From a virus, in the IMG/VR virus record IMGVR_UViG_3300045988_154761, positions 96,001 through 160,000 of that record: a stretch of DNA of 64,000 nucleotides. One strand, written 5' to 3'. The position numbers and the translations under genes were made by a program. The notes beneath the pieces are model-generated. The model was not told the DNA's origin. It saw nothing but the letters and a program-made list of their open reading frames with translations, and did no database searches. Of the stretch, positions 52,079-61,011 are shown piece by piece; within the stretch, counting starts at the first letter, position 1, and every line of letters begins with the position of its first letter.

Positions 52079-52107
52079 TTGACTTTTTGCTCTATATCTG
52101 TTATTAT
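52079..52107 (+). promoter_or_regulatory. sigma70/sigmaA-like promoter
   Basis: TTGACT 52079-52084, 17 nt, TGT-TATTAT (52102-52107). Confidence 0.65.
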
Positions 52108-52245
52108 ATCTATGCTGAGAAAGATAATTGATAAAATATAAATATCTTTCTTTCGTAACGCCAAAATTCTGGAAGTTCTTATGTGAAGTGGAGTGCTTGC
52201 ACGAACACTGAACTTAGAACTTCCCCTGTAAATGAAGTTTGTATT

Positions 52246-52572
52246 ATGAAGTCTATTTTGCTTAATAAAAATATGATGAGTACTTTAAAAGATAAAAAAT
52301 ATAAGATTACTTCTCTTAAGCATGTTAATCCTAATAATACTTCTGTTCTTGCTCATTATAAGTGTAATGTGTTTAAAGATAACGTTGACAGAATGTATAT
52401 CTTCTTTAAAGTGTCTTGTAATAATATTACTTCTTCTATTCTTTGTGAAGACCTTAATTTGGGTATTTGTATCATTAATGACCCTATTTCCTTTAAAACT
52501 CTTATGAAGTGTTTTAATGAGAATGCTTATTATTTTTTAAAAAGAAAATATCCTGAAAATAAGAAAAAATAA
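52246..52572 (+). CDS. hypothetical protein (108 aa), paralog of 52616-52933
   Basis: start ATTATGAAGTCTAT is shared with the next gene; the track GTG start 52183 is rejected. Confidence 0.6.
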   Translation: MKSILLNKNMMSTLKDKKYKITSLKHVNPNNTSVLAHYKCNVFKDNVDRMYIFFKVSCNNITSSILCEDLNLGICIINDPISFKTLMKCFNENAYYFLKRKYPENKKK

Positions 52573-52615
52573 GAAATATAAAATATAAATATTCTTTTAA
52601 AAGAAAGGTAATATT

Positions 52616-52933
52616 ATGAAGTCTATGAAGCTTAATACCTCTGCTAAGTATAAAAACAATAAGTTCCAGATTAAGTATCTTAAATATAAGAGATATAATA
52701 TGGTCTTATTTGCCACTTACTCTACAGGATATAATAACAATAATATCTTTTTACATAGATATGAACCTTTTATCTATTTTGATAGAACTTCAAGAACTCT
52801 TCATTATGTAAGTGATATTGACTATATTACTTACTATGGAGCTGATATTAACATTAGACCTCTTATGATTCGTTTTGGTATTAATGCTTGGAGATATCTT
52901 ACTCAGGAATATAATGAGAATAATCGTGAGTAA
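52616..52933 (+). CDS. hypothetical protein (105 aa), paralog of 52246-52572
   Basis: MKSMKLN...; GC-rich hairpin CGTGAG-TAATG-CTCACG spans its stop. Confidence 0.65.
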   Translation: MKSMKLNTSAKYKNNKFQIKYLKYKRYNMVLFATYSTGYNNNNIFLHRYEPFIYFDRTSRTLHYVSDIDYITYYGADINIRPLMIRFGINAWRYLTQEYNENNRE

Positions 52934-52983
52934 TGCTCACGTAACAATAATGTGCTTGATTAAAAAATAAAGGATGTGTAATT

Positions 52984-53460
52984 ATGGGTTCTATTCTTAC
53001 TCATACGTTTGGTACTTATACTGTATTTCGTACTATTCATTCTATCTATGAGAATACTAATGAGGTCGCTCCTTGTATCGTAGCTTTTACTCCTTGTGAT
53101 GATATGATGTTAAGTACTATTACTATGGAGTATGAACTTCAAGATGTATTCGATACTTTTGATTATCTTTTGAAAAATCAGTTTGACTCTTTTGCTAAAT
53201 GCGAGCAACGCTCGCGCGTTGAATCTGCTATTTATGATGGTAATTCTTCTCCTTTGAATATCTCTGAACTTGTTGATGAAGTTATTGAAATTATGGAAAA
53301 GAATTATAATTTTTATAGATGTAGTATTGAAATTGTTAAGTCTGTTGAAGATGTTTACCTTGAAGAACTAACTGGTATTAGGAGCAGCGCTCCCGCGCTA
53401 ATTCGTGATATCAATAAGACTAAGGAAATTCGTAAAGTAGATATTAAATTTGTTGATTGA
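52984..53460 (+). CDS. hypothetical protein (158 aa)
   Basis: ATG after AAAGGATG; TGA stop; contains two GC-rich hairpins. Confidence 0.7.
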   Translation: MGSILTHTFGTYTVFRTIHSIYENTNEVAPCIVAFTPCDDMMLSTITMEYELQDVFDTFDYLLKNQFDSFAKCEQRSRVESAIYDGNSSPLNISELVDEVIEIMEKNYNFYRCSIEIVKSVEDVYLEELTGIRSSAPALIRDINKTKEIRKVDIKFVD

Positions 53461-53565
53461 GAGCAGTGCTCCCGCACTAATGGTATGGTTACTGACAAAG
53501 ATAAAGCTAAGGCTAAGAAGTTAGAAGAGGAATATAACTCTAAAAAATAAGGAGCAAATTAAATT

Positions 53566-54057
53566 ATGATTACTTATTTTAAATTCAAAGATATGATTGA
53601 TATTGCTTATCATAGTAATAATGATACTTTGTATTTTTCTTTTTCTGATGATTATCTTCAAAAACATTCTCCTTTTAAGAATTCTAAGGACTATATGCTT
53701 GAATATGAAAAGCGTACCACTGATAATCTTGATGACTTAGAAAATAATATTGTCAGTATTATTCTTAAGTTACATCCCAATGATATCTTTGGTTATAACT
53801 CTGGTTGCTATGTTGAATATTTTATTAGTAAATTCAATAAAAAAATTGGGATTAATGACTATGACTGGGATAGCTTCTTGAGAGTCTTTAAGAAACAACC
53901 TTTGCTTAAGTTTACTAAACTTATGATTGATAACAGTGATGATATCAATGATGAGTATGCTGTTATTTCAGCTTTATATCTCATGTGCAAGAATCCTAAC
54001 TTTGCTACATTGGCAGATGCAGGGTTTAAGTTTGTTAATATGACAGGAGAGAATTAA
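53566..54057 (+). CDS. hypothetical protein (163 aa), paralog of 54060-54581
   Basis: shared C-terminal pattern L.KFT.L......D..YAVIS.LY..C...........GFK. Confidence 0.7.
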   Translation: MITYFKFKDMIDIAYHSNNDTLYFSFSDDYLQKHSPFKNSKDYMLEYEKRTTDNLDDLENNIVSIILKLHPNDIFGYNSGCYVEYFISKFNKKIGINDYDWDSFLRVFKKQPLLKFTKLMIDNSDDINDEYAVISALYLMCKNPNFATLADAGFKFVNMTGEN

Positions 54058-54059
54058 AA

Positions 54060-54581
54060 ATGTCTGAACGTGTTTATAATTTTCAGGATATTCTTTATTT
54101 TAATTATTATACCGAAGAAGATAGCGAACATCACTTGATTGTTGATAATTTGGCTATTGATATGACTTGGGAATATTCTCGTGAAAATGCTCCTTATGAT
54201 TTGCTTGCGTCCTGCAAACGGGGTGATTTGAGTAATGCTGTTGAATTTTGTAATCGTGTAGACAATGTTGTTTATAGAGGGTATAAGTATAATCAAGATA
54301 GCAGTGTTACTTTTACTACTGGCGTTACTCTTTTGAATTTTACACAGACTGTTCAAGATGCTATTGATAATAAGAATGGTTGGACTATGAAGACTCTGGC
54401 TGAGTTGTTTGAATCTCTTCCTTTGTCTAAGTTTACTTCTCTTATTCAAGTTTGTAGTGACGGATTTTTTCTTGATAGTACTTATGCTGTTATCTCTTGC
54501 CTATATACTTTATGTAATGGCTTGAGTGTTCCTTTGGTTACTGAGAGCGGGTTTAAGTTGGAAAAGTTTACTATTTCCTAA
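54060..54581 (+). CDS. hypothetical protein (173 aa), paralog of 53566-54057
   Basis: see the previous entry. Confidence 0.7.
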   Translation: MSERVYNFQDILYFNYYTEEDSEHHLIVDNLAIDMTWEYSRENAPYDLLASCKRGDLSNAVEFCNRVDNVVYRGYKYNQDSSVTFTTGVTLLNFTQTVQDAIDNKNGWTMKTLAELFESLPLSKFTSLIQVCSDGFFLDSTYAVISCLYTLCNGLSVPLVTESGFKLEKFTIS

Positions 54582-54624
54582 GTGATATTAAAGATTCTTT
54601 TAAATTATTTAAGGAGATACTTTT

Positions 54625-55437
54625 ATGAAGTGGTTTGTTGATGGATATATTCTCAATATTCATTTTGTTTATGATGCATTATCTGATACTTTAACTTTTG
54701 ACGGACAGAGCAACAGTATTGGTTTAATTGGCGATAAAAGTCATGTGTGTGACGTTGTGAAAGAAAAAATTTATTGCGGTACTAAGTATGTACGTGATGT
54801 TGAAATTAGTAGCGTTGACGTTACTATGGAGAATTTTGCTTTTAATACTGCTAAGACTGTCACTATTACTAAGGCTATGCAGATTAATAATTTTGTAAAT
54901 ACTTTATATAGTAGATGGCAGAAACTCGGAATAATTAGGTCTCTTGAAAATCCTATCAATGAATCTTGGACCGATTATTATAATTATTGTAAATGGTACA
55001 CTTCTTTAGTAACTACCTTTAGTAATTTTATTGTGCAAAACTATATTAAAGTACAGGGTCAGAAGCCTTTGAAAGATATTGATGGCGGCATCAATAAATG
55101 GCTTGCTTATATTAAAGAGAAGTATAGACTTGATTTATATGGAAGATATGATAAGTCCTTTAATAAAATTATGAATATTGAAGATTTCTTTAAAACTTTG
55201 ATGTTCTTCTGTTCTGATTTTAAAATTTCTGGCTACATTGATGGCGGCAACGCCATCGTTTCGCCTATCGTTGATACAGAAAATAGAAAAAAGTATGTTC
55301 TTCCTTTACGTTATGGTAAAGTCGCTGATATTCCTGCTTCTTTTTTGGAAACTCTTTCTAACTTGGAAAATTCAGATAATTATACAGAAGAAGAATTTTT
55401 TGTTGTTGATAGTATTGATTTTCCTGTAAAAAAGTGA
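54625..55437 (+). CDS. hypothetical protein (270 aa)
   Basis: ATG after AAGGAGA. Confidence 0.7.
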   Translation: MKWFVDGYILNIHFVYDALSDTLTFDGQSNSIGLIGDKSHVCDVVKEKIYCGTKYVRDVEISSVDVTMENFAFNTAKTVTITKAMQINNFVNTLYSRWQKLGIIRSLENPINESWTDYYNYCKWYTSLVTTFSNFIVQNYIKVQGQKPLKDIDGGINKWLAYIKEKYRLDLYGRYDKSFNKIMNIEDFFKTLMFFCSDFKISGYIDGGNAIVSPIVDTENRKKYVLPLRYGKVADIPASFLETLSNLENSDNYTEEEFFVVDSIDFPVKK

Positions 55438-55455
55438 AGAGGTGTATAATTGTAA

Positions 55456-56043
55456 ATGAACAAGAAAGAAAATAAATATCGCTTACGCGATGAGTATATT
55501 AAACATAAAAAAGAACAGTTTGAGAAAAATCTTGAAAGGGCTTTTGATGAAAATAATTTACATGTAGTTATTTTTACTGATAATCAGCAGTCTTCTTGTT
55601 ATGGGCATCATGAGTACTGTGATATGTATGGTGGTTGTGATAACACTTGGAGAGATAACATTAGAAATTTATTGACAGGAAAACTTAAATATTATAAGAT
55701 GACTGTTAATAAGTGGATTACTTATAAATGTGATTGTGGTTGTAATACTTTTTATATTTATAAGGATTGGTTTGTGTGTTCTGAATGTTTTTCTGAACAT
55801 ATTATGAATGACTTTGTTATTACTTATAAAACTAAAGAAGATGCTGAAAAAGTAACTATGCCGATGACTGGAACAGTTGGAATGAATACATGGCATAGAT
55901 TTGGTTTAATTAGTAAATATGAGTTTGATAAATTTATGAAGAACTGTACTAACCCTGAACAAGTTGTATACTAGCAAATAAATTTACCAGAAGTATACTA
56001 GCAAATAAATTTACCAGAACAGGAGGTTTTTGGTAATGGATAA
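55456..56043 (+). CDS. zinc-ribbon protein, paralog of 56036-56800; extended through 2 TAG codons
   Basis: the track ORF ends at TAG 55972-55974; reading TAG as sense gives VYQQINLPE twice and a TAA at 56041-56043. Confidence 0.55.
55966..56019 (+). repeat. 27 bp perfect tandem duplication, each copy carrying a TAG
   Basis: GTATACTAGCAAATAAATTTACCAGAA at 55966-55992 and 55993-56019. Confidence 0.9.
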
Positions 56044-56800
56044 GATTACTTATTTAAGAAAGACTAAAGAGAAAATTGAAAATGATTATCTTGAAAAGCT
56101 TAATGAACTTGATAAAAGTTTTAAGAGTGATAATGTCATGATTACTGTTTATATTGAGAAGATTATTTTTGAAAATCTTGATTATAAGGTCAATAATGGT
56201 GACTTAGAACTTGATAATTATGATTTGAAGACATTGCTGAGAGGAAAGTTGCGCTTTCCTATTAATAGTCGCTATGCTGATGGAAAATATGTTACTCAGT
56301 GGTTTGTGGATAGATGTCCTAAGTGTGGTTGCTATTTATATTATCCTAAATACAATCCTAATTTTGGATATACTGGGGTATGTGCTAATTGTTTTGAGGA
56401 AAGAATTTTAGAGAGATTAAAAGCTATTAATTTTCCTACTGAAAAGTCTGGTCAGCTTGTGAATTATAAGTATTACACTGTTGCTGGTACTATGAATAGA
56501 AATGAACTTGAACAGTTTATGAGTGAACTTGGGATTGAAAAGTATTGCAATGGCACTTTAATGAGTATTGATAAGGATTTAAATATATTAGAATTAGGTG
56601 ATATTATTGATAGTGGCAATGCTATCAGTTCGTGTAGCATTGATAGTGACAATAAAGAAAAAGACACTTCTGAAAAGGACACTTCTGAAAAGGACACTTC
56701 TGAAAAAGATATTTCTGCTCGTGATGATATTGAAAAAACCATGAAGAATTTCTTTGGTAATATTTGGGATAATCTTTATCAAGATAAACAATCTTCCTAA
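56036..56800 (+). CDS. zinc-ribbon protein with C-terminal EKDTS repeats, paralog of 55456
   Basis: ATG after AGGAGG; CPKCGC...CANC. Confidence 0.7.
   Translation: MDKITYLRKTKEKIENDYLEKLNELDKSFKSDNVMITVYIEKIIFENLDYKVNNGDLELDNYDLKTLLRGKLRFPINSRYADGKYVTQWFVDRCPKCGCYLYYPKYNPNFGYTGVCANCFEERILERLKAINFPTEKSGQLVNYKYYTVAGTMNRNELEQFMSELGIEKYCNGTLMSIDKDLNILELGDIIDSGNAISSCSIDSDNKEKDTSEKDTSEKDTSEKDISARDDIEKTMKNFFGNIWDNLYQDKQSS
56657..56716 (+). repeat. 15 bp tandem repeat, 4 copies, in-frame (EKDTS)
   Basis: GAAAA(A/G)GACACTTCT x3 plus one degenerate copy. Confidence 0.85.
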
Positions 56801-56934
56801 AGGGTAATAAGAAAAATGGAGTGAAATATAGCTAACAAGATTCTTGTGAAAGGTTGAATAAATTACAAGAAAGTTGTAAAGTTTGAGAGTGAATTATTGT
56901 TAAACGATAATTTTGTTTGAGAAAAAACGTAATC

Positions 56935-57003
56935 TGGAACGTTATGGTACATTTGGAACATTTAAAGGAATGTTTGGAACATTCTTGGAATATTTGGTAC
57001 ATT
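56935..57003 (+). repeat. array of six 9 bp direct repeats TGG(A/T)A(C/T)(A/G)TT (iteron-like)
   Basis: copies at 56935, 56945, 56954, 56975, 56986 and 56995 in an intergenic region. Confidence 0.75.
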
Positions 57004-57185
57004 AGCTCTGACGTACCGAAGGCCAATTTTGCCCATTTTCCTATTCTGGTGCTCTTTTAGATAAGGAGAGGTAGGCACAAACACAATTCTTTTTTCAAAA
57101 AAAATTTACAAAAAGTTCATAATCTGTTCACAATTTAAACAAACTGCCCTCAAATGTAAGAATTGTTACAATCTGTAATAACTTC

Positions 57186-57214
57186 TTGACAACACCTCCT
57201 TCCTATGTTATAAT
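57186..57214 (+). promoter_or_regulatory. sigma70/sigmaA-like promoter
   Basis: TTGACA 57186-57191, 17 nt, TGT-TATAAT (57209-57214); followed by a ~165 nt leader. Confidence 0.7.
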
Positions 57215-57381
57215 ACTCTCATGGTTGTATAAAGTAGGTAATAAACATTATTGCCAACGACCTAAGCGTTAAGGGTGAGTAATCTATTAAGAATCCGTAT
57301 CTTAATATAAGTTATTCATCATATAGACTTAAGGAAGGAAAGAGCTTTGCCTTAATCAAGGTTAAGCCAAAAAAGCGATAA

Positions 57382-58296
57382 ATGAAAAACAAGAAATATA
57401 CAATTAAATATAGCAAGCCTAACCATAGCAACACAAACACAAACACAAACACCCCCACACATGAAGCACAGCTCACAAATACACATCCTCTAATTAAGAC
57501 AAGTATTTGTAAAGCGATTGCAACTTGTCTCACATTCAGTTTAGTGGTAAGTATAGTAGGGTATGCTCAAGCCTTAAATAAAACAGGCAAAGATAATACT
57601 TCAACCTTGAGTGAAACTGAAATCTCATCTCCTCATTATATTGCCATTAAAAACTTTCAAACACACAAAGAAAATTATTGGGACATAAACAACATTGGAA
57701 ATGTTAGTCCTGATAGAATTTTTTATGTGGACATGAGTAAAATGGTTGAGAATAATGCTGAAAATAATGATGAACCTGTTTATATTTTTTCAGACATGAG
57801 CGTACAGTATTCCGAAGGTCAAATTTCTGAAAGCAAGACTTCTGAACCTGAACATACAGAACCTAAGACCTCAACTTATCGCTACGCATATTTAATTCAT
57901 CTGACTGATTCTGAACGTTATACAGTTTATTCTGTTTTAGCAGGAGAAGTTGGAAATGCTTCTTATCGAGATAAACTTTTAGTAGCTCAATGTTTTTATG
58001 ATGGCTTAGTATATAATAAATGTACTCCTAAACAGTTAGCCAATAGTCAATATGATGGCTATAAAGATTTTAACAAATTTAAGGAAGAGTGTATTAAATG
58101 TAACAAAAACTATTATGAAGACATTGTAAAAGCTGTTGAAGAAGTTTTTGATAAGGGTAATGTTCCAGTAGATGAATTTATTCTTTATTTTTATGGTTAT
58201 AAAGGCTATACTTCTAAATGGCATGAAACTCAAAAATTAGTTGAACAAACAGATGTACATAAATATTTTGCTCAGTGGAAGGAACCGCAAATATAA
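57382..58296 (+). CDS. membrane-anchored protein with possible SleB-like cell-wall hydrolase domain
   Basis: NTNTNT low-complexity N-terminus, TM helix, C-terminal region SERYTVYSVLAGEVGNAS...LLVAQCFYD reminiscent of Hydrolase_2. Confidence 0.45.
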   Translation: MKNKKYTIKYSKPNHSNTNTNTNTPTHEAQLTNTHPLIKTSICKAIATCLTFSLVVSIVGYAQALNKTGKDNTSTLSETEISSPHYIAIKNFQTHKENYWDINNIGNVSPDRIFYVDMSKMVENNAENNDEPVYIFSDMSVQYSEGQISESKTSEPEHTEPKTSTYRYAYLIHLTDSERYTVYSVLAGEVGNASYRDKLLVAQCFYDGLVYNKCTPKQLANSQYDGYKDFNKFKEECIKCNKNYYEDIVKAVEEVFDKGNVPVDEFILYFYGYKGYTSKWHETQKLVEQTDVHKYFAQWKEPQI

Positions 58297-59102
58297 TGGG
58301 AAAATTTTAGGATTTAACAGGTCAAACTTTTGGAAACTTAAAAGTAATTGGTAAAACAACTGACCCAATAAAAAGTAAAAAAGGCAAGGGAGTATATTGG
58401 GATTGTGAATGTAAATGTGGAAAAATTACACAAGTTCACACAAGAGATTTAAAAAGTAACCATATACAATCTTGTGGTTGTTCTTACAGACCTGAACATA
58501 ACGATTATGAAGAATATGATGAAAACACTTATAAATTCTGGAATCGTGAACATACTGATTATTTTTTAAGTGACAAAAAAAATCTACAGAAGATTTTAAA
58601 TTATTATTGGAGAAAAGATTCTCTTGGATATTGGCTAACTCGAAAAATAATTAACGGAGAAAGGAAAATTATTAGACTCCACAAATATTTAAAAGATATT
58701 GATGACCCTAAAATTGTTGTTGACCACAAAGACGGAAACAAAGACAATAATAGGGACAATAATCTCAGAATAACCACCCAACAAAACAATACTTTAAATA
58801 AAAGTATTAGAACTGATAATAGTTCAAATATTTGTGGTGTAGAATTCATCAAAAGAATTAATCGTTGGAAAGCCACTATACAATATTCAGGTAAAAGAAT
58901 TACTTTAGGAGAGTATCCAAATTTTGACCAAGCCAAATTTGCCCGTTATTATGGAGAAGTCCAAATATTCAAAGAATTTGCTAGAGATTATGAAAGCAAA
59001 ATAAATTATCTAAAAGAAAATAAAGATGGAAATAAAGATATTATAGAAAAGCTTACAAAAAGAATTAAAAAGTATTATGATATCGAATGTGAAAACATCT
59101 GA
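58296..59102 (+). CDS. HNH endonuclease with AP2-type DNA-binding domain; 1 in-frame TAG
   Basis: TAATG junction; TAG at codon 5; VVDHKDGNKDNNRDNNLRITTQQNN and RWKATIQYSGKRITLGEY; TGA stop at 59100-59102. Confidence 0.75.
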
Positions 59103-59520
59103 TTGTTTTAATTTGTAAGCAAGCTTAGGACTTGAGTACGGTCTGAATATAATTTGGATATATTTTAATTCTAAAATATGGCAAATTTAATTTAGACTGA
59201 AAAGTAATAATAATTATAATTAAATTAAAAGAAAAAGCAAAAGAAATAGGAAAAAATAAAAAAATAAATAGTCAAAAGGCTATTAATAATTTAATTATAA
59301 TACATTACAAATACAAAAGTACAAAGCTACTAAAAATTAGTAGTATACTTTTACCTAAATGATGATGCAACAAAAAACAGAACGAAATTTATAAGTAATT
59401 AATATATAATTAATCCATAATTTTGTTTAGTTGTATATCTATTGCTCAAGTATGCTTTATATGACCTAATGATGTCTGTAGTAAGTCAAGAAATATTATT
59501 AGTGAAATACTATTAAACTC

Positions 59521-59549
59521 TTGACAAGCTACAGGCATTTTGTTATAAT
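59521..59549 (+). promoter_or_regulatory. sigma70/sigmaA-like promoter
   Basis: TTGACA 59521-59526, 17 nt, TGT-TATAAT (59544-59549). Confidence 0.7.
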
Positions 59550-59585
59550 AATTAATGTAAAGAGATGTAAAGAGAGGTGTATGTA

Positions 59586-60074
59586 ATGCCGAGAGGTAGA
59601 CCGAGGAAGAAGCCATTGCCTACAACTGATACTGTCGCAACAAACTCTAGTGGGGATGTTGTAAAGGAAGCCTCTAGTGAGACTACCAAGACAGAAGATG
59701 TTAATGAAATGGGAGTAGAAGTAGAGTCTGTAAATAAGGGCAGACCCAAGAAGGATGATGATAACACCCCCTCTTCTAAAAGAAGAGAGGATACACCTCG
59801 ATGTGTATGTTGCAAAGAACCTGTTTATTCAGGGCGTAGATTAAATCTATCTTTGCTTACAACACTTGCATCTTATCATTTTGCTGTAGAGGAAATGCAG
59901 CCTTACATTTGTAGTAGATGTGCTTCTGATTTAGGTGAGGTTATTAATAAATGGCTTATTAATCATGGAGCAGAAGTTAAACCATACTACAAGCCAGAAT
60001 ATATGGCTAAGAAGTATGATGAGAATTTAAATAATCCAAACAAAAATTCTAAGGAGGATAATTTAAATGGCTGA
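59586..60074 (+). CDS. AT-hook plus Cys4 zinc-finger DNA-binding protein
   Basis: ATG after AGAGAGGTG; PRGRPRKKP and KGRPKK AT-hook cores; CVCC...CSRC. Confidence 0.65.
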   Translation: MPRGRPRKKPLPTTDTVATNSSGDVVKEASSETTKTEDVNEMGVEVESVNKGRPKKDDDNTPSSKRREDTPRCVCCKEPVYSGRRLNLSLLTTLASYHFAVEEMQPYICSRCASDLGEVINKWLINHGAEVKPYYKPEYMAKKYDENLNNPNKNSKEDNLNG

Positions 60075-60366
60075 AACCAGTATTGATTTTATTCATGGAG
60101 AAGATGTTGCAGTATGGAGTTCTGATTATTTCACTGTAATTAGAACTATGGAGGAATATCTCAAGAATTATCCTGACGAAGTAAGCATTGTATCTGATTA
60201 CAGTGACAGTGATGGGCAGAACAGATGTTTGACTATTAAGATTCCTGCTAAGTGGATGAGGAATCCTAAGCCTCCCAAGAGTCGCAATTTGACTGAGGAA
60301 CAGAGAGAAGCCATGGTAGAACGTGGCAAGAGAATTGCTGCTTCAAGATGGGGAAACAAGGAATAA
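60067..60366 (+). CDS. hypothetical protein (99 aa)
   Basis: 8 nt overlap; last + strand gene. Confidence 0.65.
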   Translation: MAETSIDFIHGEDVAVWSSDYFTVIRTMEEYLKNYPDEVSIVSDYSDSDGQNRCLTIKIPAKWMRNPKPPKSRNLTEEQREAMVERGKRIAASRWGNKE

Positions 60367-60401
60367 CAAGTAGATACAATTATAAATATGTAGATATAAG
60401 A

Positions 60402-60433
60402 AGACCTAACTTTCATAAGTTGGGTCTTTTTTG
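60402..60433 (+). terminator. intrinsic terminator ending the + strand block
   Basis: AGACCTAAC/GTTGGGTCT stem followed by TTTTTT. Confidence 0.7.
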
Positions 60434-60579
60434 TTTTGCTTGGTGGACTTATAAATAAATTATCTATATTTGAGCTTCAATTTTGAAAGATGGAAGTAAG
60501 GTGGTGTAATTTAATGGTGGAAATTGAAATTGATTTTGAGATGAAATTTATAAAGAATTGTTTATAAATGAAATGGGGG

Positions 60580-60975
60580 AATATTTGCTGAATATTTCTT
60601 GGGAAGAGTTATGAGAAGCGAAGCGGGAAAAAGGGAGCTCCTCGGTGGTTTAAAAAGACTTCCCCCCGTTGCGCTTTAAAAAGGGTGGGTGGGTTGGGAG
60701 ATTAAAGTGAGAGAGAAACATAGTGGGACCTTCGCATCCGACGAACCTAAAAAAGTTTTGCCCTTTGACGAGGGTTTATTGAAAAGAAGGCGTTTTTCCT
60801 TTCGATTACCAATTTTTAATTTTCTGGGGTGGTGGTGGGGAAAACCAAAAAATTTCCCCCGTGGAAATTAGAAAAAATCTCCCCTTGAATAAGGAAAAAA
60901 TTCCCCATTAAAAGGGAAATAGATTCTCACTGAGTAAGAATCTTAACTTATAGCCACTGAGTAACTATAAGTGCT
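60580..60975. repeat. G/C-run-rich convergent intergenic region: G4-type motifs, AAAAAAT(T/C)TCCCC repeats, twin hairpins
   Basis: GGGTGGGTGGGTTGGG 60683-60698; GGGGTGGTGGTGGGG 60826-60840; A-run plus TCCCC units at 60652, 60847, 60871 and 60893; hairpins 60922-60942 and 60947-60971 share the loop CACTGAGTAA. Confidence 0.75.
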
Positions 60976-61011
60976 AAGAAGTCTAACCCACCCTCCCTAC
61001 CAAGACTTCAC

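Noticed and set aside
53458-53550. TGA read-through extending gene 52984 by 30 codons
   Set aside because: TGA is used as an ordinary stop by about 20 genes here, and no internal in-frame TGA was needed anywhere. The open frame may be fortuitous. It is mentioned under the hairpin finding only.
60689-60871. 60-aa + strand ORF (GTG start) in the G-rich junction
   Set aside because: It is composed of G/C-run repeats with no RBS, and lies after a strong terminator.
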